Of a DNA stretch of 13,954 nucleotides, positions 6,294 through 13,954 are shown piece by piece; the stretch's first letter is position 1; each line of letters opens with the position of its first letter. The DNA is from a virus (taxonomy: Duplodnaviria > Heunggongvirae > Uroviricota > Caudoviricetes). The position numbers and the translations under genes were made by a program. The DNA is taken from positions 1 through 13,954 of IMG/VR virus record IMGVR_UViG_2778261136_000001; one strand, written 5' to 3'. The notes under the pieces were generated by a model. That model was not told the origin of the DNA. It did not search any database and was given only the letters and a program-made list of their open reading frames with translations.

Positions 6294-8437
6294 TGAAAAA
6301 TGAAACTAACACCATGGCGACGAAAAACGACAATGGAGCCACGCCGCGTTTTTCTCAGCGCCAGTTACAGGCGCTTTGTTCTGATATTGACAGCCAGCCT
6401 AAATGGCGTGATGCCGCAAACAAGGCCTGTGCGTATTACGATGGCGATCAGTTGCCACCGGAAGTTCTTCAGGTACTGAAAGATCGCGGTCAGCCGATGA
6501 CTATCCATAACCTCATCGCGCCTACCGTCGATGGCGTTCTGGGAATGGAGGCCAAAACACGGACTGATCTGGTGGTGATGTCAGACGAGCCAGATGATGA
6601 AACTGAAAAACTGGCTGAAGCTATTAATGCTGAATTTGCCGATGCATGCCGCCTTGGCAATATGAATAAAGCCCGCTCTGATGCCTATGCGGAACAAATC
6701 AAGGCGGGCCTCAGTTGGGTGGAGGTCAGACGAAACAGCGATCCGTTCGGGCCTGAATTTAAGGTGTCTACTGTCAGCCGGAATGAGGTTTTCTGGGACT
6801 GGCTGAGCCGGGAGGCTGATTTAAGTGACTGCCGCTGGCTGATGCGTCGCCGCTGGATGGATACCGATGAGGCAAAAGCTACATTCCCGGGAATGGCTCA
6901 GGTTATCGATTATGCCATTGATGACTGGCGTGGTTTTGTCGATAGCACGGTTACTGAAGGCCAGCCCAGTCCGTTGATGAGTGCATGGGAAGAGTATCAG
7001 TCATGGGATCGACAGCAGAACGAATGGCTTCAGCGTGAACGCCGTCGTGTGCTGCTTCAGGTGGTTTATTACCGTACATTCGAGCGTCTTCCGGTGATTG
7101 AACTCAGTAATGGACGGGTGGTGGCCTTTGATAAAAATAATCTGATGCAGGCGGTAGCTGTGGCATCCGGGCGGGTTCAGGTGAAAGTCGGGCGGGTAAG
7201 CCGTATTCGTGAAGCCTGGTTTGTCGGGCCACACTTTATTGTGGATCGCCCCTGTAGTGCTCCGCAGGGGATGTTTCCGCTGGTTCCTTTCTGGGGATAC
7301 CGAAAGGATAAAACCGGGGAGCCATACGGGCTAATTTCCCGCGCCATTCCGGCACAGGATGAGGTGAATTTTCGTCGTATCAAGCTGACCTGGTTGCTTC
7401 AGGCCAAACGCGTGATTATGGACGAGGATGCCACCCAGTTGTCAGACAACGACCTGATGGAGCAGATCGAACGTCCGGATGGCATTATTAAACTGAATCC
7501 GGTCCGAAAAAATCAGAAAAGTGTCGCAGATGTTTTTCGGGTTGAGCAGGATTTTCAGGTTGCCAGCCAGCAGTTTCAGGTCATGCAGGAATCGGAAAAA
7601 CTTATCCAGGATACCATGGGAGTGTATTCCGCATTTCTCGGGCAGGAGTCAGGTGCGACGTCAGGCGTGGCTATCAGTAACCTGGTGGAGCAGGGGGCCA
7701 CAACCCTTGCGGAAATCAACGATAACTACCAGTTTGCCTGCCAGCAGGTGGGAAGACTGTTGCTGGCTTATCTTCTCGATGACCTGAAAAAACGCCGTAA
7801 TCATGCAGTAGTGATTAATCGCGATGATCGTCAGCGTCGCCAGACCATTGTCCTCAATGCTGAAGGTGATAATGGTGAACTGACCAATGATATTTCAAGG
7901 TTAAATACACATATTGCGCTGGCTCCTGTTCAGCAGACACCTGCGTTTAAGGCACAGCTTGCACAGAGAATGTCAGAGGTTATTCAGGGGCTGCCGCCTC
8001 AGGTGCAGGCTGTTGTGCTCGACCTGTGGGTTAATCTTCTGGATGTGCCGCAGAAACAGGAGTTTGTTGAGCGTATTCGTGCTGCGCTGGGGACGCCAAA
8101 ATCACCGGATGAAATGACGCCGGAAGAACAGGAAGTAGCGGCACAACAACAGGCACTTCAGCAACAACAGGCAGAACTCCAGATGCGCGAGATGGCTGGC
8201 AGAGTGGCAAAACTGGAAGCTGACGCCGCCAGGGCTCATGCTGCTGCACAACGGGATAATGCCAGTGCACAGCGGGAAGTTGCCCTGACACAGGGGCAGC
8301 GTTATGTGGATGCGCTTAACCAGGCACATACGGCAGAAATCATTACCGGCATACAGAATATGGAACAGGAGCAGGACGTTCTTCAGCAACAGATGCTGTA
8401 TACGTTACAACAGCGGATGAATGAAATGTCGCTCTGA
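6293..8437 (+). CDS. Portal protein, with a Gln-rich C-terminal coiled-coil extension
   Basis: 714-aa ORF directly after terL (TGATGA overlap). The size and the long C-terminal helical Gln/Ala-rich tail (...AAQQQALQQQQAELQMREMAGRVAKLEADAARAHAAAQ...) are reminiscent of P22-type portals with a C-terminal barrel. Assignment is by position, size and composition. Confidence 0.8.
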   Translation: MKNETNTMATKNDNGATPRFSQRQLQALCSDIDSQPKWRDAANKACAYYDGDQLPPEVLQVLKDRGQPMTIHNLIAPTVDGVLGMEAKTRTDLVVMSDEPDDETEKLAEAINAEFADACRLGNMNKARSDAYAEQIKAGLSWVEVRRNSDPFGPEFKVSTVSRNEVFWDWLSREADLSDCRWLMRRRWMDTDEAKATFPGMAQVIDYAIDDWRGFVDSTVTEGQPSPLMSAWEEYQSWDRQQNEWLQRERRRVLLQVVYYRTFERLPVIELSNGRVVAFDKNNLMQAVAVASGRVQVKVGRVSRIREAWFVGPHFIVDRPCSAPQGMFPLVPFWGYRKDKTGEPYGLISRAIPAQDEVNFRRIKLTWLLQAKRVIMDEDATQLSDNDLMEQIERPDGIIKLNPVRKNQKSVADVFRVEQDFQVASQQFQVMQESEKLIQDTMGVYSAFLGQESGATSGVAISNLVEQGATTLAEINDNYQFACQQVGRLLLAYLLDDLKKRRNHAVVINRDDRQRRQTIVLNAEGDNGELTNDISRLNTHIALAPVQQTPAFKAQLAQRMSEVIQGLPPQVQAVVLDLWVNLLDVPQKQEFVERIRAALGTPKSPDEMTPEEQEVAAQQQALQQQQAELQMREMAGRVAKLEADAARAHAAAQRDNASAQREVALTQGQRYVDALNQAHTAEIITGIQNMEQEQDVLQQQMLYTLQQRMNEMSL

Positions 8438-8455
8438 AAACTCTGGCTTCAACTG

Positions 8456-8482
8456 AACCCCGTCATCGTACGGGGTTTTTTG
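8456..8482 (+). terminator. Rho-independent terminator after the portal gene
   Basis: Stem AACCCCGT (8456-8463) / ACGGGGTT (8470-8477), loop CATCGT, followed by a T-run (TTTTTTGTTT). Confidence 0.65.
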
Positions 8483-8594
8483 TTTCCGGAGGTAAGCGTT
8501 CCGGGAGCGGTGCGCTTATTCGCGGGGGCAGCGATAAGCCTTATTTACTCAACCATTCGGATCTGTCCGATAAACAGACCATGCGGAGTTATTT

Positions 8595-9602
8595 ATGGAT
8601 TTTGAATTTACGGGTGAAGAAACCCCGGAACAACTGGAAAAAATGCTGGAAGGACTTGGGGATGTGGATATTGACAGTCACGCACAGGACGTCGTGACGG
8701 AAGATACCACGGAAAAAAATGCGGATGAGGAAGCACAGACTCAGACGGGCGATAACAATGTGGCACCGACGCCGGATGCCAGTGTGGAGCAGACGCAGGA
8801 CGTGAAGGAGCCGGAAGTGAAGGGGGTGCTCACCCGCGACGGTAAACACGTCATTCCCTATGAAGTCCTTGAGGCTGAACGTTCCGGTAAGCAACGGGCC
8901 GAACAGGAAGCCGCACTTCTTCGTGGGCAGATAGCTGAAGAAAAACGCAGGGTGGAACTGCTGACGTCTCAGATCCACCAGGCCGGTATGAAGCCCACAC
9001 CGTTACCGGAAAACGAAAAAATTTCTGATGAGCAGATTGCCCGTATCAGGGAGATGTATCCGGAAATTGGTGACGCGGTGGCTTCGCTCATCCGTAAAAA
9101 TAACTATCTCCAGTCCCGTGTTCAGCAATCAACACAGCAGGCAGAAGGTAATGGTGGTGAGGATTTATCACCGGTTCTTGATGCGATGAATGCCGTGCCG
9201 GTGCTGAAAACGTGGCAGGAGTCCGATCCGGATCGCTTCTCGGTTGCTGTATCCATCGACGGGAAGCTCCAGAATGACCCCGCATGGAAAGACAAAACGC
9301 TCACTGAACGTTTCGCTGAAGTGGCCCGTCGTACGCAGGTTGCTTTCGGTGAAGTCAGTGAGTCGTCTGCTGACAACCAGGCAGACAAAACGGATATCCG
9401 GAAAACGGCGGAAGAGAAAGTGAAGACCGCTGAACGGGAGCAGGCAGTACCAGCTTCCCCGTCAGATTTAGGCACCACGGCCTCCGTCGGAACCGGTGAT
9501 AATTTTGAACGGTTACTTGGCGCTTCTCATTCAGAGGCAGAGGCGATTATGCGTGGTATGACGAATGCTGAAATAGACGCGCTTCTGGAGAAGCTCGGGT
9601 AA
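8595..9602 (+). CDS. Scaffolding protein (putative)
   Basis: 335-aa ORF between portal and capsid genes. It is highly acidic and low-complexity at the N-terminus (DVDIDSHAQDVVTEDTTEKNADEEAQTQTGDNN), with a charged, predicted helical middle and C-terminus. Assignment is by position and composition only. Confidence 0.55.
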   Translation: MDFEFTGEETPEQLEKMLEGLGDVDIDSHAQDVVTEDTTEKNADEEAQTQTGDNNVAPTPDASVEQTQDVKEPEVKGVLTRDGKHVIPYEVLEAERSGKQRAEQEAALLRGQIAEEKRRVELLTSQIHQAGMKPTPLPENEKISDEQIARIREMYPEIGDAVASLIRKNNYLQSRVQQSTQQAEGNGGEDLSPVLDAMNAVPVLKTWQESDPDRFSVAVSIDGKLQNDPAWKDKTLTERFAEVARRTQVAFGEVSESSADNQADKTDIRKTAEEKVKTAEREQAVPASPSDLGTTASVGTGDNFERLLGASHSEAEAIMRGMTNAEIDALLEKLG

Positions 9603-9625
9603 CTTACTGAAGGAGTACTGAAGTA

Positions 9626-10840
9626 ATGACGACTGTAACATCAGCCCAGGCGAATAAGCTGTATCAGGTGGCGCTTTTTACCGCTGCCAATCGCAACCGC
9701 TCGATGGTCAATATCCTCACTGAACAGCAGGAAGCGCCAAAAGCAGTTTCGCCGGACAAGAAAAGCACAAAGCAGACCAGCGCGGGTGCGCCGGTTGTCC
9801 GTATCACAGACCTTAACAAACAGGCCGGTGATGAAGTGGCGTTCAGCATCATGCATAAACTCTCAAAGCGTCCGACGATGGGAGATGAGCGTGTTGAAGG
9901 TCGTGGTGAAGACCTTAGCCATGCTGATTTTTCCCTGAAAATTAATCAGGGCCGTCACCTGGTGGATGCGGGCGGACGCATGAGCCAGCAGCGTACGAAG
10001 TTCAACCTGGCATCCTCTGCCAGAACGCTTCTGGGGACGTACTTTAATGACCTGCAGGACCAGTGTGCGATAGTGCATCTTGCTGGAGCTCGCGGTGATT
10101 TTGTTGCTGACGACACTATTCTGCCGACAGCGGAGCACCCTGAATTCAAAAAAATCATGATCAACGATGTACTGCCTCCGACACATGACCGTCACTTTTT
10201 TGGCGGTGATGCGACAAGCTTTGAGCAGATCGAAGCGGCAGATATTTTTTCTATTGGCCTGGTGGACAATCTCTCCCTGTTCATTGACGAAATGGCGCAT
10301 CCGTTACAGCCGGTTCGTCTGTCCGGTGATGAACTTCACGGAGAAGATCCATATTACGTCCTGTACGTCACGCCGCGTCAGTGGAATGACTGGTACACCT
10401 CGACTTCCGGGAAGGACTGGAACCAGATGATGGTTCGTGCCGTGAACCGTGCAAAAGGTTTTAACCATCCGCTGTTCAAAGGTGAATGTGCGATGTGGCG
10501 GAATATCCTGGTTCGTAAGTATGCGGGTATGCCGATCCGTTTCTATCAGGGTTCAAAGGTTCTGGTATCAGAGAATAACCTGACGGCAACAACGAAAGAG
10601 GTCGCTGCTGCAACCAATATTGACCGCGCCATGTTACTGGGGGCTCAGGCGCTGGCAAATGCTTACGGTCAGAAGGCAGGCGGTCACTTCAACATGGTTG
10701 AGAAGAAAACGGATATGGATAACCGTACTGAGATAGCAATCAGCTGGATCAACGGTCTGAAAAAAATCCGTTTCCCCGAGAAGAGCGGCAAGATGCAGGA
10801 TCACGGCGTGATTGCCGTTGATACCGCAGTGAAGCTCTGA
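9626..10840 (+). CDS. Major capsid (coat) protein (putative)
   Basis: 404-aa ORF with strong SD AAGGAG at 9610-9615, immediately after the scaffold gene and followed by a strong terminator, as expected for a highly expressed coat gene. The family is not recognised from memory; assignment is positional. Confidence 0.6.
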   Translation: MTTVTSAQANKLYQVALFTAANRNRSMVNILTEQQEAPKAVSPDKKSTKQTSAGAPVVRITDLNKQAGDEVAFSIMHKLSKRPTMGDERVEGRGEDLSHADFSLKINQGRHLVDAGGRMSQQRTKFNLASSARTLLGTYFNDLQDQCAIVHLAGARGDFVADDTILPTAEHPEFKKIMINDVLPPTHDRHFFGGDATSFEQIEAADIFSIGLVDNLSLFIDEMAHPLQPVRLSGDELHGEDPYYVLYVTPRQWNDWYTSTSGKDWNQMMVRAVNRAKGFNHPLFKGECAMWRNILVRKYAGMPIRFYQGSKVLVSENNLTATTKEVAAATNIDRAMLLGAQALANAYGQKAGGHFNMVEKKTDMDNRTEIAISWINGLKKIRFPEKSGKMQDHGVIAVDTAVKL

Positions 10841-10856
10841 TTTTTCCTTTCCCCAT

Positions 10857-10880
10857 GCCGGGTTTTCGCCCGGCTTTTTC
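10857..10880 (+). terminator. Rho-independent terminator after the putative coat gene
   Basis: Stem GCCGGG (10857-10862) / CCCGGC (10869-10874), loop TTTTCG, then TTTTT. Confidence 0.65.
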
Positions 10881-10894
10881 TGGAGTCATTAATT

Positions 10895-11284
10895 ATGGCA
10901 AAGACTATTCTTGCCCCGTCACTGAGTGAACGGGTCTATACGGGCACGCACGGTAATGAGTCGGTGGCAGAAGGCGTATTTACGGTGAATGCTGCGGAAG
11001 CGGACAGTGTTATTCATCTTCTCTCACTGCCAGTTGGCATCCGTATCAACTCACTCCAGCTGGTTTCAACGGGCGGTCTGGGTACTGCAACCGTCAGCAT
11101 TAAGTCTGGTGAGCATGTTCTCATCGATAACAGCGAAGCTGTTTCTGCAAAATTTGCCAGATATGTGCCAGTGGAGCCGTACACCACACAGCGTGACGGA
11201 GAGCTGGTTACTGTCACCATTAAGACTGCCGCTGCAACCGGCACCCTGAATGTTCTGCTGCGTTATACCGTGGTGGGATACTGA
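10895..11284 (+). CDS. Small beta-rich virion-associated protein (possible head decoration/accessory protein)
   Basis: 129-aa ORF with GGAG 9 nt upstream. Gly/Thr/Val-rich composition consistent with a beta-sandwich. Located directly after the coat gene and bracketed by terminators. Function inferred from position only. Confidence 0.45.
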   Translation: MAKTILAPSLSERVYTGTHGNESVAEGVFTVNAAEADSVIHLLSLPVGIRINSLQLVSTGGLGTATVSIKSGEHVLIDNSEAVSAKFARYVPVEPYTTQRDGELVTVTIKTAAATGTLNVLLRYTVVGY

Positions 11285-11297
11285 TTAAAACCTTCCG

Positions 11298-11320
11298 GCC
11301 CGCGTTATGCGGGCTTTTTA
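11298..11320 (+). terminator. Rho-independent terminator after the small capsid-associated gene
   Basis: Stem GCCCGC (11298-11303) / GCGGGC (11309-11314), loop GTTAT, then TTTTTA. Confidence 0.65.
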
Positions 11321-11334
11321 TCCGGGGAATTTAT

Positions 11335-11796
11335 ATGAGCGAGAAAATTGCCGTTGTCTATATCGGCCCAAAACCCGTGAAAAAGGACACCATTACCGGA
11401 AGTCGCACGCTGTTCCCACGTCTTGAGCCGGTGCATGTTGACAGCGCGATGGCCTGGCAACTGCTGGGGTTTCCGGATGTCTGGGTTCGTCATGAAGAGC
11501 TTGATGATGTTCTGAAAAAGCAACAACAGAATGAGCAGTTGCGGCAGGCACAGCAGGCGCAGGAAAGAGTGCTTGCTGCGCTGGCAGAAGCGGAGAACAG
11601 TTTTGTTGTTTCTGTTAACGGGCAGGAGGTGGATTTAAGTAAGCTCACCTCAGCACGGCTGGCGACGCTGTGTGAGGCAGAAGAGCTGGATATTCACAAA
11701 GACCCGAAAGAAACGGCTGAGGCATTCCGTATCCGGGTGCGTGAGGCATTTCGCCGTCGTGTTGCGGAGACTGAACAGCATGGCGGAACTGAGTGA
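11335..11796 (+). CDS. Hypothetical virion morphogenesis protein (possible head completion/adaptor)
   Basis: 153-aa ORF with coding-like composition. Its stop overlaps the next gene's start by 17 nt. No family recognised. Confidence 0.55.
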   Translation: MSEKIAVVYIGPKPVKKDTITGSRTLFPRLEPVHVDSAMAWQLLGFPDVWVRHEELDDVLKKQQQNEQLRQAQQAQERVLAALAEAENSFVVSVNGQEVDLSKLTSARLATLCEAEELDIHKDPKETAEAFRIRVREAFRRRVAETEQHGGTE

Positions 11797-12343
11797 TTTT
11801 TTACCATATGTCCGTCGTCATATCAGCGGTCCACTGAACATTATGATGACGGATGCTCTGTCAATGGCTGCCGTGGCATTCAGCCGCCAGTCGTTGGTGT
11901 GCCGTCGGGAGGTTACTGTTGTACCGGTGGCAGGAAAAGAAATCGTGCTTCCGTATGACAAAGATGATGAGGAGTGCGTTCATATCATCCGTATCTCTGA
12001 CGATAATCATGAGCTTTTTGTCGGTCGGGATGTGGATATCAGCTCCGGACGCTCCCTGCGATTTGCCTGTTCTCCCGGTGAGGTGAGCGTGCTTTATGCC
12101 GTCGCTCCGAAAGCTGGACGCAGCCAGATACCGGATGAACTCCTCACATGGCCTGAAGAAGTGGCTGCGGGGGCACTTGAGCGGTTGTTCATGCAGACTG
12201 GTGTTTCATGGTCAGACCCGTCGCGCGCACAGTATTTTTCTGTGCAGTTTTCTGAGGGGATCCGTCGGGCATATCGTCATACATTGGCGACAAGCCCGTA
12301 CTCTTCATACCGCAACCCTGTACGCAGGCAGAGGTTTTACTGA
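11780..12343 (+). CDS. Hypothetical virion morphogenesis protein
   Basis: The track ORF 11672..12343 has an Arg-rich N-terminal extension that overlaps the previous gene and looks non-coding. The likely start is ATG 11780 (MAELSDFLPYVRRH...). Its stop overlaps the next start (TGATG at 12341-12345). Confidence 0.55.
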   Translation: MAELSDFLPYVRRHISGPLNIMMTDALSMAAVAFSRQSLVCRREVTVVPVAGKEIVLPYDKDDEECVHIIRISDDNHELFVGRDVDISSGRSLRFACSPGEVSVLYAVAPKAGRSQIPDELLTWPEEVAAGALERLFMQTGVSWSDPSRAQYFSVQFSEGIRRAYRHTLATSPYSSYRNPVRRQRFY

Positions 12344-12993
12344 TGACGACGATTACAGAAATCATCGGACGTGTGAATACACAACTGGTTGACCCGATGA
12401 TGGTTCGCTGGCCCCTGCAGGAATTGTGCGATTATTACAATGATGCTGTGAGGGCAGTGATTCTGGCGAGACCGGATGCTGGCGCAAGCCTGGAAACAAT
12501 CAGTTGTGTTCCTGGCGCCCGTCAGGTTTTGCCCGATGGTGTAATACAACTTCTTGACGTGATATGCCTCAGTGACGGTAGTGCAGTCAGACCATTATCC
12601 CGGGAGGTGCTGGATGCGCAGTATCCTGAGTGGCCCACAATGAAGGGCATTCCTGAATGTTTTATCAGCAACGACCTGTCCCCGCGCGTATTCTGGCTGT
12701 TTCCTGTCCCTGACAAAGAGATAAGTATTGATGCAGTGGTAAGCCGGATACCGGAGGCAGTGTATGTTCTGACGCAGGACGATGATACGCCAGTTCCACT
12801 GGAAGAGGCTTATGTTAACCCACTGGTGGACTGGATGTTGTTTCGTGCTTTCAGTAAGGATGCTGCCGGTGGTGCAGAATCGGGGCTGGCTGCGCAGCAT
12901 TATCAGAGTTTTGTTGAGCAACTTGGGATCAAACAGGGGGCAGACAGTGCATTGTCTGCCCGTAAAAAAGTGTTTAACGGAGGTGGAGTGTGA
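12343..12993 (+). CDS. Hypothetical virion morphogenesis protein (possible tail/neck component)
   Basis: 216-aa ORF translationally coupled to both neighbours (ATGA overlap upstream, GTGTGA overlap downstream). No family recognised. Confidence 0.6.
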   Translation: MTTITEIIGRVNTQLVDPMMVRWPLQELCDYYNDAVRAVILARPDAGASLETISCVPGARQVLPDGVIQLLDVICLSDGSAVRPLSREVLDAQYPEWPTMKGIPECFISNDLSPRVFWLFPVPDKEISIDAVVSRIPEAVYVLTQDDDTPVPLEEAYVNPLVDWMLFRAFSKDAAGGAESGLAAQHYQSFVEQLGIKQGADSALSARKKVFNGGGV

Positions 12994-13954
12994 GTGTTGT
13001 TGTTTCGGGGACGCTGAAATCTCCTGATGGTGAGGCGATATCAGGAGCAAATATTACCCTGACGGCGCTGACAGTTTCACCGGATGCGCTCAGCGGCACC
13101 AGTGCGTCGGCAGTGACCCGTGAAGGTGGATATTACGGAATGACGATGGATCCGGGGGAGTATGCGGTTTCGGTGACGGTGAAAGGGAAGACAGCTGTCT
13201 ACGGACGTGTGCGTATTGAGGGGACCGAAAGTACGGTGACGCTCAATATGCTGTTACGCCGCAGTCTTGTTGAGGTGAGCATACCCGGAGAGCTGCTGAC
13301 AGATTTCCGGCAGATACAGAATAATGTGGCTGATGACCTTGCCACTATTCGTCGCCTGAATGAAGACACGGCGACAAAAAACACTCAGGCCACACAGTCA
13401 AAAGAAAGTGCAGCAGCCAGTGCGAAGAGTGCATCTGACAGTGCAAAGACGGCAACCAGCAGGGCGGCTGAAGCCGGACAAAAAGCGACTGATGCCACTG
13501 AGGCCGCGACCCGTGCAATCACAGCAGCGGGGAATGCAGAGGAAAGCTCGACCCGTGCCGGAGAGTCTGAAAAAGCCGCCGGAGCTGATGCAGAAAAAGC
13601 CAGACAGCATGCTGAAAAGGCCAGGCTGGCGCAGGAGAGCGCCGGAGAGATCCTTAAGCGGGCAGAGGCTGCCACTGTCAGTGCTGAAGAGGCCAGACGT
13701 ATGGCTGAGAATGCACGGGGGCCCCGGGGGCCTCAGGGAGAAACTGGTCCGAAGGGGGATGTCGGTCCTAAAGGCGAAACAGGTCCAGTGGGCCCTCAAG
13801 GGCCCGCAGGGCCGAAAGGTGAGCGTGGTGACGTTGGTGCTCAGGGGGCTGTAGGGCCCGCTGGTCCGCGTGGTGAGAAGGGCGAACAGGGGGAGCGAGG
13901 ACCGCAGGGAATACCAGGCCTGAAGGGGGATACCGGAGAGCGGGGGCCTAAAGG
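12990..13954 (+). CDS. Side tail fiber protein, N-terminal part (continues past the window end), with collagen-like Gly-X-Y repeats
   Basis: GTG start at 12990 with SD GGAGG at 12979-12983; the frame stays open to the window end. The N-terminus [26 protein letters not shown]...[22 protein letters not shown] parallels the lambda Stf N-terminal domain (MAVKISGVLKDGTGKP...GRYSMDVEYGQYSV) as I recall it. An Ala/Ser/Thr-rich repetitive segment is followed from about 13716 by uninterrupted G-X-Y triplets ([40 protein letters not shown]...). Confidence 0.8.
   Translation, partial: MSVVVSGTLKSPDGEAISGANITLTALTVSPDALSGTSASAVTREGGYYGMTMDPGEYAVSVTVKGKTAVYGRVRIEGTESTVTLNMLLRRSLVEVSIPGELLTDFRQIQNNVADDLATIRRLNEDTATKNTQATQSKESAAASAKSASDSAKTATSRAAEAGQKATDATEAATRAITAAGNAEESSTRAGESEKAAGADAEKARQHAEKARLAQESAGEILKRAEAATVSAEEARRMAENARGPRGPQGETGPKGDVGPKGETGPVGPQGPAGPKGERGDVGAQGAVGPAGPRGEKGEQGERGPQGIPGLKGDTGERGPK
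13716..13954 (+). repeat. Collagen-like Gly-X-Y triplet repeat region within the tail fiber gene
   Basis: About 26 consecutive G-X-Y codon triplets in the tail-fiber frame, extending to the window end. Confidence 0.85.

Larger units (their letters stand above)
1..13954 (+). mobile_element. Lambdoid prophage late region (lysis cassette, DNA packaging, head morphogenesis, start of tail fiber)
   Basis: Uninterrupted same-strand series of phage genes in canonical order S, R, Rz/Rz1, terS, terL, portal, scaffold, capsid, tail fiber, with short gaps and overlapping start/stop codons. No host housekeeping genes. Window boundaries cut genes at both ends, so the element extends beyond the window. Confidence 0.85.

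Noticed and set aside
4990-8389. Internal alternative-frame ORFs within terL and the portal gene, on both strands (for example 4990..5238, 5716..5937, 7521..7787, 7914..8117, 8031..8291, 8102..8389)
   Set aside because: They are nested inside long ORFs with recognisable protein character. Their translations are Arg/Cys/Leu-rich or low-complexity and none has a start signal.
8589-10658. Minus-strand and alternative-frame ORFs overlapping the scaffold and coat genes (for example 8589..8978, 9122..9478, 9863..10300, 10167..10430)
   Set aside because: Same reasoning: antisense or out-of-frame to well-supported, SD-preceded genes in a tightly packed same-strand operon.
11672-11779. Arg/Lys-rich N-terminal extension of track ORF 11672..12343
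   Set aside because: It overlaps the 3' end of the preceding gene out of frame and has non-protein-like composition. The internal ATG at 11780 gives a normal short overlap with the upstream stop.
13360-13854. Arg/Pro-rich + ORF 13360..13854 and minus-strand ORFs 13385..13675 and 13398..13799
   Set aside because: These are alternative readings of the GC-rich, repetitive Ala/Ser/Gly-coding tail fiber region. The true frame is the one continuous from GTG 12990 with the Stf-like N-terminus and G-X-Y repeats.
1-13954. Search for tRNA, rRNA, CRISPR arrays, integrase or transposase
   Set aside because: No T-loop GGTTCGAATCC-like motif with cloverleaf context, no regularly spaced direct repeats with unique spacers, and no ORF with recombinase or transposase character was seen. 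Their absence is expected for a phage late region.

Overview
This window reads as the late region of a lambdoid (phage 21 / Stx-phage-like) prophage from an E. coli-like enterobacterial host, with every credible gene on the + strand. In order: the 3' end of an S21-type pinholin gene, a SAR endolysin, an antirepressor-like moron and a tiny hydrophobic ORF inserted ahead of the Rz/Rz1 spanins, a Rha-family regulator and a small conserved phage protein, then terminase small and large subunits, portal, scaffold, a putative major capsid protein, four small ORFs, and the start of a side tail fiber with collagen-like Gly-X-Y repeats. I see no rRNA, tRNA, CRISPR array, transposase or recognisable complete defence system. 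The signals most worth follow-up are non-coding or small: two paralogous ~140-nt leaders ahead of the two regulator-like morons, a (C/G)GGATAA site array in the 400-bp gap upstream of terS, a GATC-bearing 12-bp tandem repeat inside terS (candidate pac region), and an unannotated 44-aa membrane peptide inside the lysis cassette. All family assignments are from reading the translations and from memory; no database search was run.
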